Of a stretch of 64,000 nucleotides of DNA, positions 21,932 through 31,705 are shown piece by piece. Numbering within the stretch: the first letter of the stretch is position 1; each line of letters starts with the position of its first letter. Where the stretch lies: contig CAVPBK010000006.1 of the NCBI GenBank assembly GCA_963701855.1, positions 1,408,001 through 1,472,000 of the forward strand, in the 5' to 3' direction. The notes under the pieces are model-generated. The model was not told the DNA's origin. It did no database searches and saw only the letters and a list, made by a program, of their open reading frames with translations. The DNA is from Nitrospirota bacterium. Its GTDB lineage: Bacteria > Nitrospirota > Nitrospiria > Nitrospirales > Nitrospiraceae. Position numbers and translations under genes: made by a program.

Positions 21932-23395
21932 ATGTTGCAAGACGCAGATGCCTTACCCCAGCTCATTGGCGACTATAAGCCGGTCGATCAGTGGCAAGTC
22001 CATATCAATAGGCTCTTCTACCACTTCCGGGGCGATCAGATCCGCAGCTTCTACCAAACGTTCGCCTCTGCCGACTATCGGCTCGCCCATGCGCTCGCAG
22101 CAGACTATTTCGAAAAAGTTCGAAAGCGAGAAAAAATGTCAGGCGTCAGGCGTCAGGCGTCAGGCGAAAATGCGTCGGACTCACGCCTGACCCCTGACCC
22201 CTCACCCCTCACGATCTTAGAACTCGGACCCGGTAACGGGAATCTTGCCGCCTGTTTCTTGAGCCATCTCAAGACCCTCGATAAAGATGGACTGGTGTAT
22301 CCCCGCATTCGATATGTGCTGGTCGATTGGGAACAAGCCATACTCGATGCAGCCATGGCTCATCCGGAACTCGCGTCCCACCGCAACCAGATCGGGACGC
22401 ATCGGGGGACCGTGGATCGGCTCGATGGTATAACGGACGGCAGCGTAGATCGCATTATCTGTAACGAACTGTGGAACGATCTCTCAACGAAACTGCTGTC
22501 ACGCCAGGGGGGGAACATTGAAGAAGAGTTCATGCGACCGAACGTGAGCGAGGCCGCGCATGCAAAAATTTCCGACTGGGCGGCTTTTGTCGGGGCGTTC
22601 GACAGCATGGATATAGAGACGCTCAAGGGTTTTCCCCCGTTTCTCGACGACTTGGTATGGGAGCGTGAGTATCGGGCAGTCGAATGGAAGGAGGTCCCCT
22701 ACCGGAAGACGATCACGGATTTTCTCAAACGCATCGATGAGCATGTGCTGGTTCCCGTCAATCTGGGAGCGTATGCCACGATCAAGGAAGCCAAGCGCCT
22801 ATTGGCCCCTGATGCGATTGGGTTCAGCAGTTTCGACGCAGGTACAGCGGACATGGATGTGCTGAACGATCCGGAGAAGCCTTGCTATGGCCAATTTGGC
22901 GGGCAACAGAGCTTCATGGTCAACTTTGCATTAGCCGAAGCGATTGCCAAGCAGTTGGAGGCCGGCACGATGGCCATAGAAAGCCAGCGTGAGTTCGTAG
23001 GGCGCAGCTTGGGAACCAACGTCTTGACCCTCATGGATCTCATCGCCACCCATCCTTCCGCCGGTACAGGAATGGCGCCGTGGGAACAGGACCGCCTGAT
23101 GCTCAAGACTCTCCGTTCATTGAACGAGACCTATCGGAGCCCCTATGCGCGCCATCTGGACTTCCCCATTTCGTTGAAGATGCCATCGGAGGAGCGTGAA
23201 TCGCTTCAGGCTCTCGTGCGTTCCCTCACGCCGACAGGCATTCCGGACACCGTCGCCTACCTCACGGAGGAAGAGTTGACCCTGGCCTCGAAGGATCTCG
23301 AAGACATCGGCTACGATCCTCACTCGTTCATGATTGCCTTGACCGCACCACCGAGCCCTGTGGATTACTGTCATTCTTTTATCCACCCGCGCTGA
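21932..23395 (+). CDS. SAM-dependent methyltransferase, MidA/NDUFAF7-like
   Basis: ILELGPGNGNLA motif I, YVLVD, IICNELWNDL, VNF, SQREF. Confidence 0.75.
   Translation: MLQDADALPQLIGDYKPVDQWQVHINRLFYHFRGDQIRSFYQTFASADYRLAHALAADYFEKVRKREKMSGVRRQASGENASDSRLTPDPSPLTILELGPGNGNLAACFLSHLKTLDKDGLVYPRIRYVLVDWEQAILDAAMAHPELASHRNQIGTHRGTVDRLDGITDGSVDRIICNELWNDLSTKLLSRQGGNIEEEFMRPNVSEAAHAKISDWAAFVGAFDSMDIETLKGFPPFLDDLVWEREYRAVEWKEVPYRKTITDFLKRIDEHVLVPVNLGAYATIKEAKRLLAPDAIGFSSFDAGTADMDVLNDPEKPCYGQFGGQQSFMVNFALAEAIAKQLEAGTMAIESQREFVGRSLGTNVLTLMDLIATHPSAGTGMAPWEQDRLMLKTLRSLNETYRSPYARHLDFPISLKMPSEERESLQALVRSLTPTGIPDTVAYLTEEELTLASKDLEDIGYDPHSFMIALTAPPSPVDYCHSFIHPR
22138..22213. repeat. 7-mer tandem foldback inside a coding sequence
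   Basis: (GTCAGGC)x4 perfect, then GCCTGAC CCCTGAC CCCTCAC CCCTCAC. Confidence 0.85.
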
Positions 23396-23563
23396 TTATT
23401 TCAGGCTACAGGACCCGATTGCCGAGTTTCTCTGCTTGACTCAGTTCTTGTTCTTCTATACCCTTTATAATCTTCTCCTCGTAGGAGGAAGGCTCCATCG
23501 GGCGCTTGTTTCAACGCTGCAGGGCGAGTGGGTCCGGGTGGAGCAAAAAGAGAAAGCAGGTGA

Positions 23564-23836
23564 TTGATGTTTGGATCGTTTGGATGGATGGAATTGACGC
23601 TGATCCTGGTCATTGTCTTGATCATTTTCGGCGCCGGCAGGATTCCGCAGTTGGGTGAGGGGCTTGGGAAGGCTATTAAAGGATTTAAAAAGAGTGTCAA
23701 CGAGGCTGATGCCATTGACGTGACGCCTCCTCCGTCCGAGGCGCCCGAAGCGCCGCCGCCGCAGGTCGCGCAATCGCAGGCCGTCCCACCGGTTACAGCG
23801 CCGGCTCCATCGGGGAAGCAGGTCAAACAAGGTTAG
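23564..23836 (+). CDS. tatA: Twin-arginine translocase TatA/E subunit
   Basis: [38 protein letters not shown]. Confidence 0.95.
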   Translation: MMFGSFGWMELTLILVIVLIIFGAGRIPQLGEGLGKAIKGFKKSVNEADAIDVTPPPSEAPEAPPPQVAQSQAVPPVTAPAPSGKQVKQG

Positions 23837-23872
23837 GGAGACGTGAGGCATGAGGCGTCAGGCGTGAAGCGC
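23836..23872 (+). repeat. 7-mer tandem repeat between the tat genes
   Basis: GACGTGA GGCATGA GGCGTCA GGCGTGA; same unit family as 22138. Confidence 0.7.
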
Positions 23873-23939
23873 CAAGAGGAATCAGACGCTTCCTTTTTTG
23901 CTTTTCGCATGGCGCGTGATGTGTTGCGTATGACGAACC

Positions 23940-24239
23940 ATGTTCGGATTGGGCATCGGCGAAGTTCTCATTATTTTGGTGATTGCATTCTTGCTGTTTG
24001 GCCCTAAGCAGTTGCCTGAAGTCGCTCGCCAAGTCGGGAAAGCGGTCAAGGGGTTCAAGGCCACGGCGGATGATTTACGGAAGTCTGTCGAGCCCGAACT
24101 CAATATGATTCAGCAGGAAGTGAAGATGGTCGAGCAGGACTTTCAGGCCTCGATCAAGGACGCGGAAGAGCAGATCAGCGCTGTGACGACGCCGACAGAG
24201 AAACAGATCGAGTCAAAGGGATCGAACAATCAGGCGTGA
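23940..24239 (+). CDS. tatB: Twin-arginine translocase TatB-like subunit
   Basis: GIGEVLIILVIAFLLFGPKQLPEVARQVGKAV (FGP hinge) with a long amphipathic helix. Confidence 0.8.
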   Translation: MFGLGIGEVLIILVIAFLLFGPKQLPEVARQVGKAVKGFKATADDLRKSVEPELNMIQQEVKMVEQDFQASIKDAEEQISAVTTPTEKQIESKGSNNQA

Positions 24240-24532
24240 AGGTGCGGTGAAAAAAGCGGGAAGGGCGAGACGAGTAGGCCTTGGTCTGCCTACCGGCCGG
24301 TAGATGTAGCAGTCTCGACCTGATGGTGTAAGTCCATCTCTCGTGTAATGAATGCCATTCGAGGCTCACGGGAGCCCCCTGAGCAGCCGCCATTTTCATC
24401 TTGGTGGGTATACGACTTGTCCAGTTTATTGTTGATTGTCAGCCCTGCCTCTTATTGCGGTCGACTCGATTAGTTGCCCCACCATCTCATGACTCACCGA
24501 CGGGCGTTCTCTCAAATTCACCGGAGAGCGGT

Positions 24533-26242
24533 ATGAGGAATATCAGACAGACCGGGTGGGCCGGTCTAGCCCTCCTCTGTAGTGTGGCCGTGATGGCAGT
24601 GGGGATGTCATTCGTGACGGCTCCGGCGCAAGCCGCGTATGAATTGCCGGAGGGTGAACAAATCACCCATGCCGCTGTCGTTGCGCGAGCGATTCCGGAC
24701 AAAGACTCATACGAACTCTACGATCCGAAGATCGGGAAGAACTTCGACATCAACAAGTTCTGGATGCGTGCCGACCTTCGCGTGCGGTATGAAATGCGGA
24801 ACAATATCTGCTTCGGGAGCGCCATGGCTGCTAATACTACTTTGGGGGCCTGCAATTCGTTCAACGGCCAAACCTCTGCGAACGGTACTCCTGGTAAGGC
24901 AAACGACAGCTACGCTCTACAGAAGGCGCGTTTGGGTTTCGGCTATGACCTCTCCTCGGACGTGAATTTCTACATGGAACTCCAATACGCATCCGTGTGG
25001 GGCGCTAACGGGCAACAGGGTACCCCGGTCCAAGACAACCAGAGGGCTCAGAATGGCCAGAACTGCGCGAACCCGAGTTGTTTCGGGAACGGCGGCGTTT
25101 TGGGCGTCCGAGCCGGCTATATGTTGATCCGGAACTTCGCCGGGGCCCAAGGCTTGAGCGTGAAGGCTGGTCGGCAATATGTCGTGTTTGGCAACCAGTC
25201 TATATTCGGCGCCTTCGACTGGTCCAACACAGGATTTGCCTTTGACGGTATCATGCTGCAATATAGCACCAAGGCCTGGGATAGTTGGGCGGGGTGGTTT
25301 CGCACTTCTGAGTCCGATCTCGGGCAAGGAGAGCCGCTCGGCGCTCTCCATAACAACCTTCCTGTTTCAGGTAGCACCAACCCCACATTGAATAATGGCA
25401 GCGCGAACATCGATTCCGACGTGTTTCTCTTCTACAACCAGATCAAGTCGGTGCCGGGATTCGTCATCGAACCCTACTACATCCTGTACTCCAACCGATA
25501 CAACTCAGGGGACAACAATAATCAAGGTATCGGTACGCCGAAACACTCGAATCAGACTCGTCACATGGTCGGAGGCCGGATCGAGATGCGCAAAGATAAC
25601 TTTGACGGATGGAACGAAACGATCTACCAGTTCGGTGAAATGGGCGACAACCGTGGGCCCGAGGCAGGCTATGGAAACCAAAAATATCTCCACATCAATG
25701 CCTGGGCGACTAGAAACTGGATCGGCTATACGCATTACGAGTGGACCTGGAAGCCTCGATTGGCGTTCAACTTCGACTATGCCTCCGGCGATGGCAGGGC
25801 AAACTGCACGCTCCCTGGCGGTGGTGCCACAGGTTGTAGCACTGCCAACACGTTTGAGAATTTGTGGGGGACCAACCATATCCACATGGGCTACATGGAT
25901 ACCATGGGCTGGAGGAACATGATGAAACCCTCGATTAACCTCCAGTTTCGCCCAACCAAGGATGACCACATTGAAATTTGGGCCACTAGTTTGAATTTGG
26001 CCAACACGAAGGATAACTGGTATCGCGCCGCCCAAACTGTCTATGTCTATTCGAAGACGAACAACACCACGCGGCACATAGGCAACGAATTGGATATCAT
26101 TTGGACGCGCTTTTTCATGGATGGCAAGTTGTCCTTCCAAGCCGGCTATGGGCACCTCTTTGCCGGCGCATATATCGAGCAGAACTTGGGCACGAGCACC
26201 GATCAGGATTTCGCCTATGCCCAGCTCTGGGTGAACTTCTAG
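24533..26242 (+). CDS. Alginate-export (AlgE-like) family outer-membrane beta-barrel
   Basis: Signal peptide (AQA), LRVRYE, KAGRQ, FDGI, DYASGDG, IGNELD, terminal Phe (QLWVNF). Confidence 0.85.
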   Translation: MRNIRQTGWAGLALLCSVAVMAVGMSFVTAPAQAAYELPEGEQITHAAVVARAIPDKDSYELYDPKIGKNFDINKFWMRADLRVRYEMRNNICFGSAMAANTTLGACNSFNGQTSANGTPGKANDSYALQKARLGFGYDLSSDVNFYMELQYASVWGANGQQGTPVQDNQRAQNGQNCANPSCFGNGGVLGVRAGYMLIRNFAGAQGLSVKAGRQYVVFGNQSIFGAFDWSNTGFAFDGIMLQYSTKAWDSWAGWFRTSESDLGQGEPLGALHNNLPVSGSTNPTLNNGSANIDSDVFLFYNQIKSVPGFVIEPYYILYSNRYNSGDNNNQGIGTPKHSNQTRHMVGGRIEMRKDNFDGWNETIYQFGEMGDNRGPEAGYGNQKYLHINAWATRNWIGYTHYEWTWKPRLAFNFDYASGDGRANCTLPGGGATGCSTANTFENLWGTNHIHMGYMDTMGWRNMMKPSINLQFRPTKDDHIEIWATSLNLANTKDNWYRAAQTVYVYSKTNNTTRHIGNELDIIWTRFFMDGKLSFQAGYGHLFAGAYIEQNLGTSTDQDFAYAQLWVNF

Positions 26243-26365
26243 TAAGACCTTCAACCTTCACCTAAACCTAACTTTGCTGCTCCGGCCTTGCCCACGGTGA
26301 GTCGGTCCTCTATACTCCCCTCGCGCACATGTTCCCCAACCGTCCATCGTTTTTATAATCTCACC

Positions 26366-28240
26366 GTGGATGATCTGACCAGACAGCTCAGCGAACAGTT
26401 CGGGTTTGCGAAGTTTCGTCCAGGCCAGGAGGAGGTCATTCGCGCCGTGCTAGCTGGGCGTGATGCGATGACGGTCATGCCGACCGGCCAGGGCAAGTCG
26501 CTCTGCTATCAATTGCCTGCGACACTCTTGCCCGGGTTAACGTTGGTCATTTCTCCGCTCATCGCACTCATGCAAGATCAGGTGGCAAGCCTGAAGCAGC
26601 GAAAAATAGCGGCGGCGGCGTTTCATTCTGGCCTCACGGGGATTGAAAAGCACCGCGTGATGGAGGACCTCAATCAGAAACAGCTTCAGTTGCTCTATCT
26701 GGCGCCGGAACGGATGCAGCATGAGGGGTTTCTCCAGCTCTTGCGGTCGCTGTGGGTCTCGCTCTTGGTGGTCGACGAAGCCCACTGCATTTCCCAATGG
26801 GGCCACGATTTCAGACCCGATTATCTCAAGATCGGCCGCCTTCGACAGGAACTGACGAATCCTCCTTGCCTGGCTCTGACTGCCACGGCTACGGCTCGTG
26901 TGCAAACGGATCTGTGCAAACGATTGTCGCTTCGCGATCCGTTCCGGCTGGTCGCGGGTTTCCGCCGGGACAATCTCGCCTTGTCCGTTCGTCATTGCCA
27001 AACCCGCCAGGAGAAACTGGCAACGTTGGAGCGGCTGGTTCATGAGACGGAGAAAGGCACGGTCCTGATCTATTGCGCCACGCGCCGGACGGTAGAGGAT
27101 GTCGCGGAATGGCTTGAACAGTCTCACGAGTCGGTCGGCTACTACCATGCGGGTCTCTCGGATGAGGAGCGGCGGCTTGTGCATGAAGACTTTCGCCGGG
27201 GGACCGTGAGGATTCTGGCTGCCACGAATGCATTCGGCATGGGTATCGATAAGTCGGATGTCCGGCTGGTCGTCCATTTCGACATTCCGGGAAGTGTGGA
27301 GGCCTATTACCAAGAGGTCGGGCGGGCCGGCCGCGACGGACGACCTGCTGCCTGCTGGTTGTTGTTCCATGAGCGGGATCTAGCCACGCAGGAATATTTT
27401 ATTCAGCAGGCGTCACAAGATCCCGAAGGCGCCGAACGCGCTAAGCGGATGAAGACGCTCCTCCAAGAAATGCTGGGATACGTATCGGTATCGACCTGTC
27501 GACAGCTCGCAATTCTTGAGTATTTCAGCGACGAAGCCGAGCTGGCCCTAGGCCCCTGCGGCCTTTGTGACCGTTGCGTCGCTCCGGTGCGGCAGCCGAG
27601 TCGGGAGGTCTCCCATGATGATGCCGCTTCCGCGAAAGCCATCCTGGAGACCGTGTCCTGGTGCAGGGGGCGGTTTGGCGTGAGTCGAATTGTCGAGATT
27701 CTTCGCGGAAGCCGTTCGAAAGCGATGCAGGCGTATGGCGCAGAAGATTGCCCGACATACGGAATGTGCCGCGCGCGTACGAAGCTGTCCATGACCGGTC
27801 TAGTGCGGGAGCTGATCGACTCAGGGTATCTTCAGGTCGAAGGCACGGAGTATCCCACTCTCGATGTGACGCGCAGGGGACAGGAAGCTCTGCAAGGGAT
27901 CGATGCAGTAGTGTTGAAACAGAGAGAGGAGCCTCAGCCCGATTCACCGGTGACAAAGCCATTCCGAGAAAGCGCCGCATCTGTGGTTGCCCTGCGAGCA
28001 TCGCCGGCGGATCCGCAGCTCTTTGAACGGCTCAGGCAGCTCCGCACGGAGCTTGCGGAGGAAGAGGGCGTCGCGGCCTTTGTAATATTTCATGACAAAA
28101 CGCTGAAGGCCATAGCCGGCTACAAGCCCGTGACGCCCGCTGCCCTGTTGGAGATTCCCGGCATCGGCGTTTTGAAGGCAGAACGATATGGCAGGCGAGT
28201 GCTGGCGGTGGTGAATGAAATTCAACAAGCCATCAGCTGA
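26366..28240 (+). CDS. recQ: RecQ-family ATP-dependent DNA helicase with RQC and HRDC domains
   Basis: MPTGQGKSLCYQLP, DEAHCISQWGHDFRPDY, QEVGRAGRDG, Zn-binding CxxCDxC, HRDC. Confidence 0.95.
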   Translation: MDDLTRQLSEQFGFAKFRPGQEEVIRAVLAGRDAMTVMPTGQGKSLCYQLPATLLPGLTLVISPLIALMQDQVASLKQRKIAAAAFHSGLTGIEKHRVMEDLNQKQLQLLYLAPERMQHEGFLQLLRSLWVSLLVVDEAHCISQWGHDFRPDYLKIGRLRQELTNPPCLALTATATARVQTDLCKRLSLRDPFRLVAGFRRDNLALSVRHCQTRQEKLATLERLVHETEKGTVLIYCATRRTVEDVAEWLEQSHESVGYYHAGLSDEERRLVHEDFRRGTVRILAATNAFGMGIDKSDVRLVVHFDIPGSVEAYYQEVGRAGRDGRPAACWLLFHERDLATQEYFIQQASQDPEGAERAKRMKTLLQEMLGYVSVSTCRQLAILEYFSDEAELALGPCGLCDRCVAPVRQPSREVSHDDAASAKAILETVSWCRGRFGVSRIVEILRGSRSKAMQAYGAEDCPTYGMCRARTKLSMTGLVRELIDSGYLQVEGTEYPTLDVTRRGQEALQGIDAVVLKQREEPQPDSPVTKPFRESAASVVALRASPADPQLFERLRQLRTELAEEEGVAAFVIFHDKTLKAIAGYKPVTPAALLEIPGIGVLKAERYGRRVLAVVNEIQQAIS

Positions 28241-28243
28241 AAG

Positions 28244-28861
28244 CTATCTAAAATTCCCTGCCTGTGCGAAGCGCGCTTGCAGCTCCGTGTAGGTTCTCGT
28301 CACTGGAAACTGCGGGAACTCCTTGGGAAGATGCTCTGGGGGACAGAAAAAGAATCCCGCGTGGGCTTCTCCTAACATGGCGGTATCGTTGTAGGCATCG
28401 CCGGCGGCCAGGACGTGAAAATTGAGGGACTTCAGTGCCGCCACCGAGTGTTTCTTCTGATTCTGCATCCGCATGTGGTAATTGACAATGTGGCCGGCTT
28501 GATCGATCTCCAGCTGGTTGCAAAAGAGCGTTGGGAATCCCAGCCGGCGCATCAGCGGTAGGGCGAACTGATAGAACGTATCGGACAAGATGATCACCTG
28601 GCATCGCTCGCGGAGCCAGGTGACAAAATCCATGGCTCCCTCCAGCGGACCCATCTTGTCGATGACCGCCTGGATATCGTGAATGGTGAGCTTGTGCTGG
28701 TCCAGGATGGTCAGGCGCCGTTTCATCAAGGCATCGTAATCCGGCATCTCGCGGGTTGTAATTTTCAGTTCGTCGATGCCGGTCTTGAGTGCAACGTTGA
28801 TCCAGATCTCCGGCACCAACACCCCTTCCAAGTCCAAACAAACAATCACAGGTTTTTGCAT
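28244..28861 (-). CDS. thrH: Phosphoserine phosphatase / homoserine phosphotransferase
   Basis: CLDLEGVLVPEIWI, ILSDTFYQF, AAGDAYNDTAML. Confidence 0.93.
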   Translation of the reverse strand: MQKPVIVCLDLEGVLVPEIWINVALKTGIDELKITTREMPDYDALMKRRLTILDQHKLTIHDIQAVIDKMGPLEGAMDFVTWLRERCQVIILSDTFYQFALPLMRRLGFPTLFCNQLEIDQAGHIVNYHMRMQNQKKHSVAALKSLNFHVLAAGDAYNDTAMLGEAHAGFFFCPPEHLPKEFPQFPVTRTYTELQARFAQAGNFR

Positions 28862-28894
28862 GCAGTCTCTCCTCTTCACTCACAGCAGTAGAAT

Positions 28895-29686
28895 CTAGCT
28901 GTCAGCTTCTTTGCTACGTTTCTGAAACGCCTGACTGAGGAACCGCCACATGTTATCGAGGACTTGGTCCAAGAGGGACGAGCCGGACCAGGTTCGTCTG
29001 GACTCCTCTTCATGTCGTTCAGCCCACTCTAAGGCCATCGGGAGTGGGATGAGTCGAGGGGGAGAACTGGTCAAGGTTCCCCAGACCAGCCCAAGAATGG
29101 AACTGATTCGCATCGAGACTGGAAGGGGTGTGACCGGATTCCTCACCAAATCCTGGCACAGTTGTGCCGGCGAAGTGACGAGGAGTTCCCGGCATGCGGC
29201 TGGTCGTGACTCATAAATCGAACACATCTCGTCCTCTAAATAGGGACATGGGATTCTCAGTGCATAGTAGGACCGGTTAATCGGATCGAGTTCCTCGTCT
29301 GGCACTGGCCTATTGGCCTCTGCAACATCGTTGAGCCGGTCCCACAGACCCGCTCGTTTCAGTTTATCCTTCCTGTCTCTGAGGCGATTCAGCAGATGGG
29401 TTCGTCGATCTATCGGCAGCTGGTCCACATACTCGCGCAACGCAAACGCTTCCGGTGCGGAAAGCGGAACCAGCATACGGCAACAAGCGGCGCAGCCCAT
29501 CCGGCAGGAAATGGTCTGGCCTGCTGTAATGGCCTGCTGGATTTCCAGTTGTGCGGCTTCATCCCCCAGGCGGCGCGTGACTGGGACAATCGCCATGATG
29601 GGGATGAAGCCCGTCGGCACATCAATGGCCGTGGTTAGCCGTCCTGCAGGGGTATGTAGCGCCACCTCAAAACGTTCGACCATCAC
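28895..29686 (-). CDS. YkgJ-family (CxxCxxCC) cysteine cluster protein
   Basis: CRMGCAACC...CPYL...CSIYESRPAACR. Confidence 0.9.
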   Translation of the reverse strand: MMVERFEVALHTPAGRLTTAIDVPTGFIPIMAIVPVTRRLGDEAAQLEIQQAITAGQTISCRMGCAACCRMLVPLSAPEAFALREYVDQLPIDRRTHLLNRLRDRKDKLKRAGLWDRLNDVAEANRPVPDEELDPINRSYYALRIPCPYLEDEMCSIYESRPAACRELLVTSPAQLCQDLVRNPVTPLPVSMRISSILGLVWGTLTSSPPRLIPLPMALEWAERHEEESRRTWSGSSLLDQVLDNMWRFLSQAFQKRSKEADS

Positions 29687-29762
29687 AAACTTTCTCCTCG
29701 TTCTGCTGTTTTGTCGGCATCATAGAGAACCGTTCGTCGGCTGGTCAACCGCGCAACCAGTA

Positions 29763-29861
29763 CAGGCTGTTGAAAACGTCCGCCTGCTTTGTTTGCGGTT
29801 TGTCTGGTTCATCTGATTTCTCTGGTTCAACCATATAAACGAAACAAACCAGAGCAACCAG
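29763..29861 (+). mobile_element. Partial MITE-like element: terminus plus 9-mer foldback
   Basis: CAGGCTGTTGAAAACGTCCGCC followed by TTTGTCTGG TTCATCTGA TTTCTCTGG ... AAACAAACCAG. Confidence 0.7.
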
Positions 29862-29915
29862 TGGTTCTTGCTCCCTTTCCAGTACAGCTGCATAATATGG
29901 GCAAAGGAGAGCGGT

Positions 29916-30278
29916 ATGGCGTTGTCCGGTCATGTGACGGGCTTGCTCAAAGAATACATGCGGGATCTGGTCGAGCAGGCGAAGCAAGAGACGGCGGCCC
30001 ATGCCTCCTTTGGTTTTTCCCCTACACCCTACCGGTCGGATCAGGCGCTGTCCGATTTGTTGGCCATTCTAGACGATCGCATTGAGTCCGAAGGGGTGCA
30101 AGTCGGATTACCGGACGGGTTTCTTCACCAGATGTGGGGGCTTTGTAACGATGCCCGTGCTCAGGTGACTGATCGTGTGTGGTTGGATATAAACAGCAGC
30201 GACCAGCCGTCGTCGAAGGCCAGGGTTCGAGAGTTGACCTATCGCGCGCTACTCGCCGTTCTCGAGTCTCCAAGCTAG
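29916..30278 (+). CDS. Hypothetical helical protein
   Basis: AAGGAG RBS, ATG 29916, 120 aa, protein-like composition. Confidence 0.7.
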   Translation: MALSGHVTGLLKEYMRDLVEQAKQETAAHASFGFSPTPYRSDQALSDLLAILDDRIESEGVQVGLPDGFLHQMWGLCNDARAQVTDRVWLDINSSDQPSSKARVRELTYRALLAVLESPS

Positions 30279-30451
30279 CCCGAACTGTTTATGAATACCT
30301 GCTACGTCAACTGGTCCTCTGGTCCGACGGGGCTTTTCTCGCTCGGCCTCCTCGACGGAATGCCCGTGCGCCTCCGTCGGCATTACTTGCGAGAAACCCA
30401 GGCTGGCTTCGGTTTCGAACGCCTCGCGACGGCATTTATAAATAATCCTGG
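30275..30451. mobile_element. Divergent MITE-like element
   Basis: CTAG then imperfect inverted ends CCCGAACTGTTTATGAATACC / GGCATTTATAAATAATCCTGG; core TCCTCGACG...GCGCCTCCG resembles the cores at 40344 and 53665. Confidence 0.5.
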
Positions 30452-30466
30452 TTGGAGGAGCGATCA

Positions 30467-31642
30467 ATGAAGGGTGCAATCATATCCGGTGGCCCCGGGG
30501 CGTTGCTTCTAGGTCTTCTGCTGTGTTGGCCTGTGGGAGAGGCTGAGACGGGCGTTCGTGTGACGGAGTTGGAGGTCGATCTCGTGCCAGTGATTGCCCA
30601 AGGTCTTCAGTCGCCGCTCTATCTGACCCATGCAGGCGATGGGTCCAGGCAGCTTTTTGTCGTCGAGCAGCCTGGAACGATTCGAGTCATCGTGCAGGGC
30701 GTCCTTCAGGATAAGCCGTTTCTCGACATCACGAACCGGGTCTTGTCGGGAGGAGAGCGTGGATTGCTCGGGCTGGCGTTTCATCCGAACCACCGGAAGA
30801 ACGGCCGATTTTTCGTGAACTATACCAGGCGCAATGATGGTGCCACGGTCCTCGCTGAGTATCGTCGGCAGGGCCTGAGTCTACAGGCCTCGACCGAGGA
30901 GCGAACGCTGATGATCGTGCCTCAGCCCTATGCGAATCACAATGGGGGGATGGTGGCATTTGGACCGGATGGGTTTCTGTACGTCGGTCGAGGCGACGGC
31001 GGCTCAGGAGGCGATCCCCAGAATCGCGCACAGGACCCGGCGGAGCTGCTGGGGAAAATTCTCCGCATCGATGTGGATGGCGCGCCGCCCTATGCCATTC
31101 CAGCGGACAATCCATTCGCGCGCGCGGGTGGACGTCCTGAAATCTTTGCCTATGGGGTTCGGAATCCCTGGCGATTCTCCTTCGATCGTGAAACTGGAGC
31201 GCTCTGGCTTGCCGACGTCGGGCAGAACAAATGGGAAGAGATCGATCTTGTCACGCGAGGGGGCAACTACGGCTGGCATATCATGGAGGGAAGGCATTGT
31301 TTCCTTCCGGAGAAGGACTGTCAGGTTGAGGGGCTGATCATGCCGGCCTCCGAGTATGGCCACGACCAAGGCCGATGTTCAGTGACGGGAGGCTATGTCT
31401 ATCGAGGCCGGAATCTCCCTGCGCTCCAGGGGAGCTACCTATTCGGAGACTACTGCAGTGGAGAGATCTTTGCTGTTCTTGTCGGGAGCAGCGTTGCCGG
31501 AGACAGCGAGCCGCGCGTGCTTCGAAAGAGCGGAATGCGGATTTCTTCGTTCGGCGAGGACGAAATGGGTGAAGTCTATGTGGTTGATCACAGAGGAGGC
31601 CTGTACCGTCTCGGTCCTTCTCCCGCGCAGCCTGGTCGTTAG
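30467..31642 (+). CDS. PQQ-dependent sugar dehydrogenase (glucose/sorbosone dehydrogenase family)
   Basis: GGERGLLGLAFHP, NHNGG, GDGG, GVRNPWRFSFD, ISSFGED. Confidence 0.92.
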   Translation: MKGAIISGGPGALLLGLLLCWPVGEAETGVRVTELEVDLVPVIAQGLQSPLYLTHAGDGSRQLFVVEQPGTIRVIVQGVLQDKPFLDITNRVLSGGERGLLGLAFHPNHRKNGRFFVNYTRRNDGATVLAEYRRQGLSLQASTEERTLMIVPQPYANHNGGMVAFGPDGFLYVGRGDGGSGGDPQNRAQDPAELLGKILRIDVDGAPPYAIPADNPFARAGGRPEIFAYGVRNPWRFSFDRETGALWLADVGQNKWEEIDLVTRGGNYGWHIMEGRHCFLPEKDCQVEGLIMPASEYGHDQGRCSVTGGYVYRGRNLPALQGSYLFGDYCSGEIFAVLVGSSVAGDSEPRVLRKSGMRISSFGEDEMGEVYVVDHRGGLYRLGPSPAQPGR

Positions 31643-31705
31643 CGGGATGTTTAAAGGGCGGTCTTCGTACCAACCACAACCCTAGCGAACTTTCTCAGTC
31701 TACTG

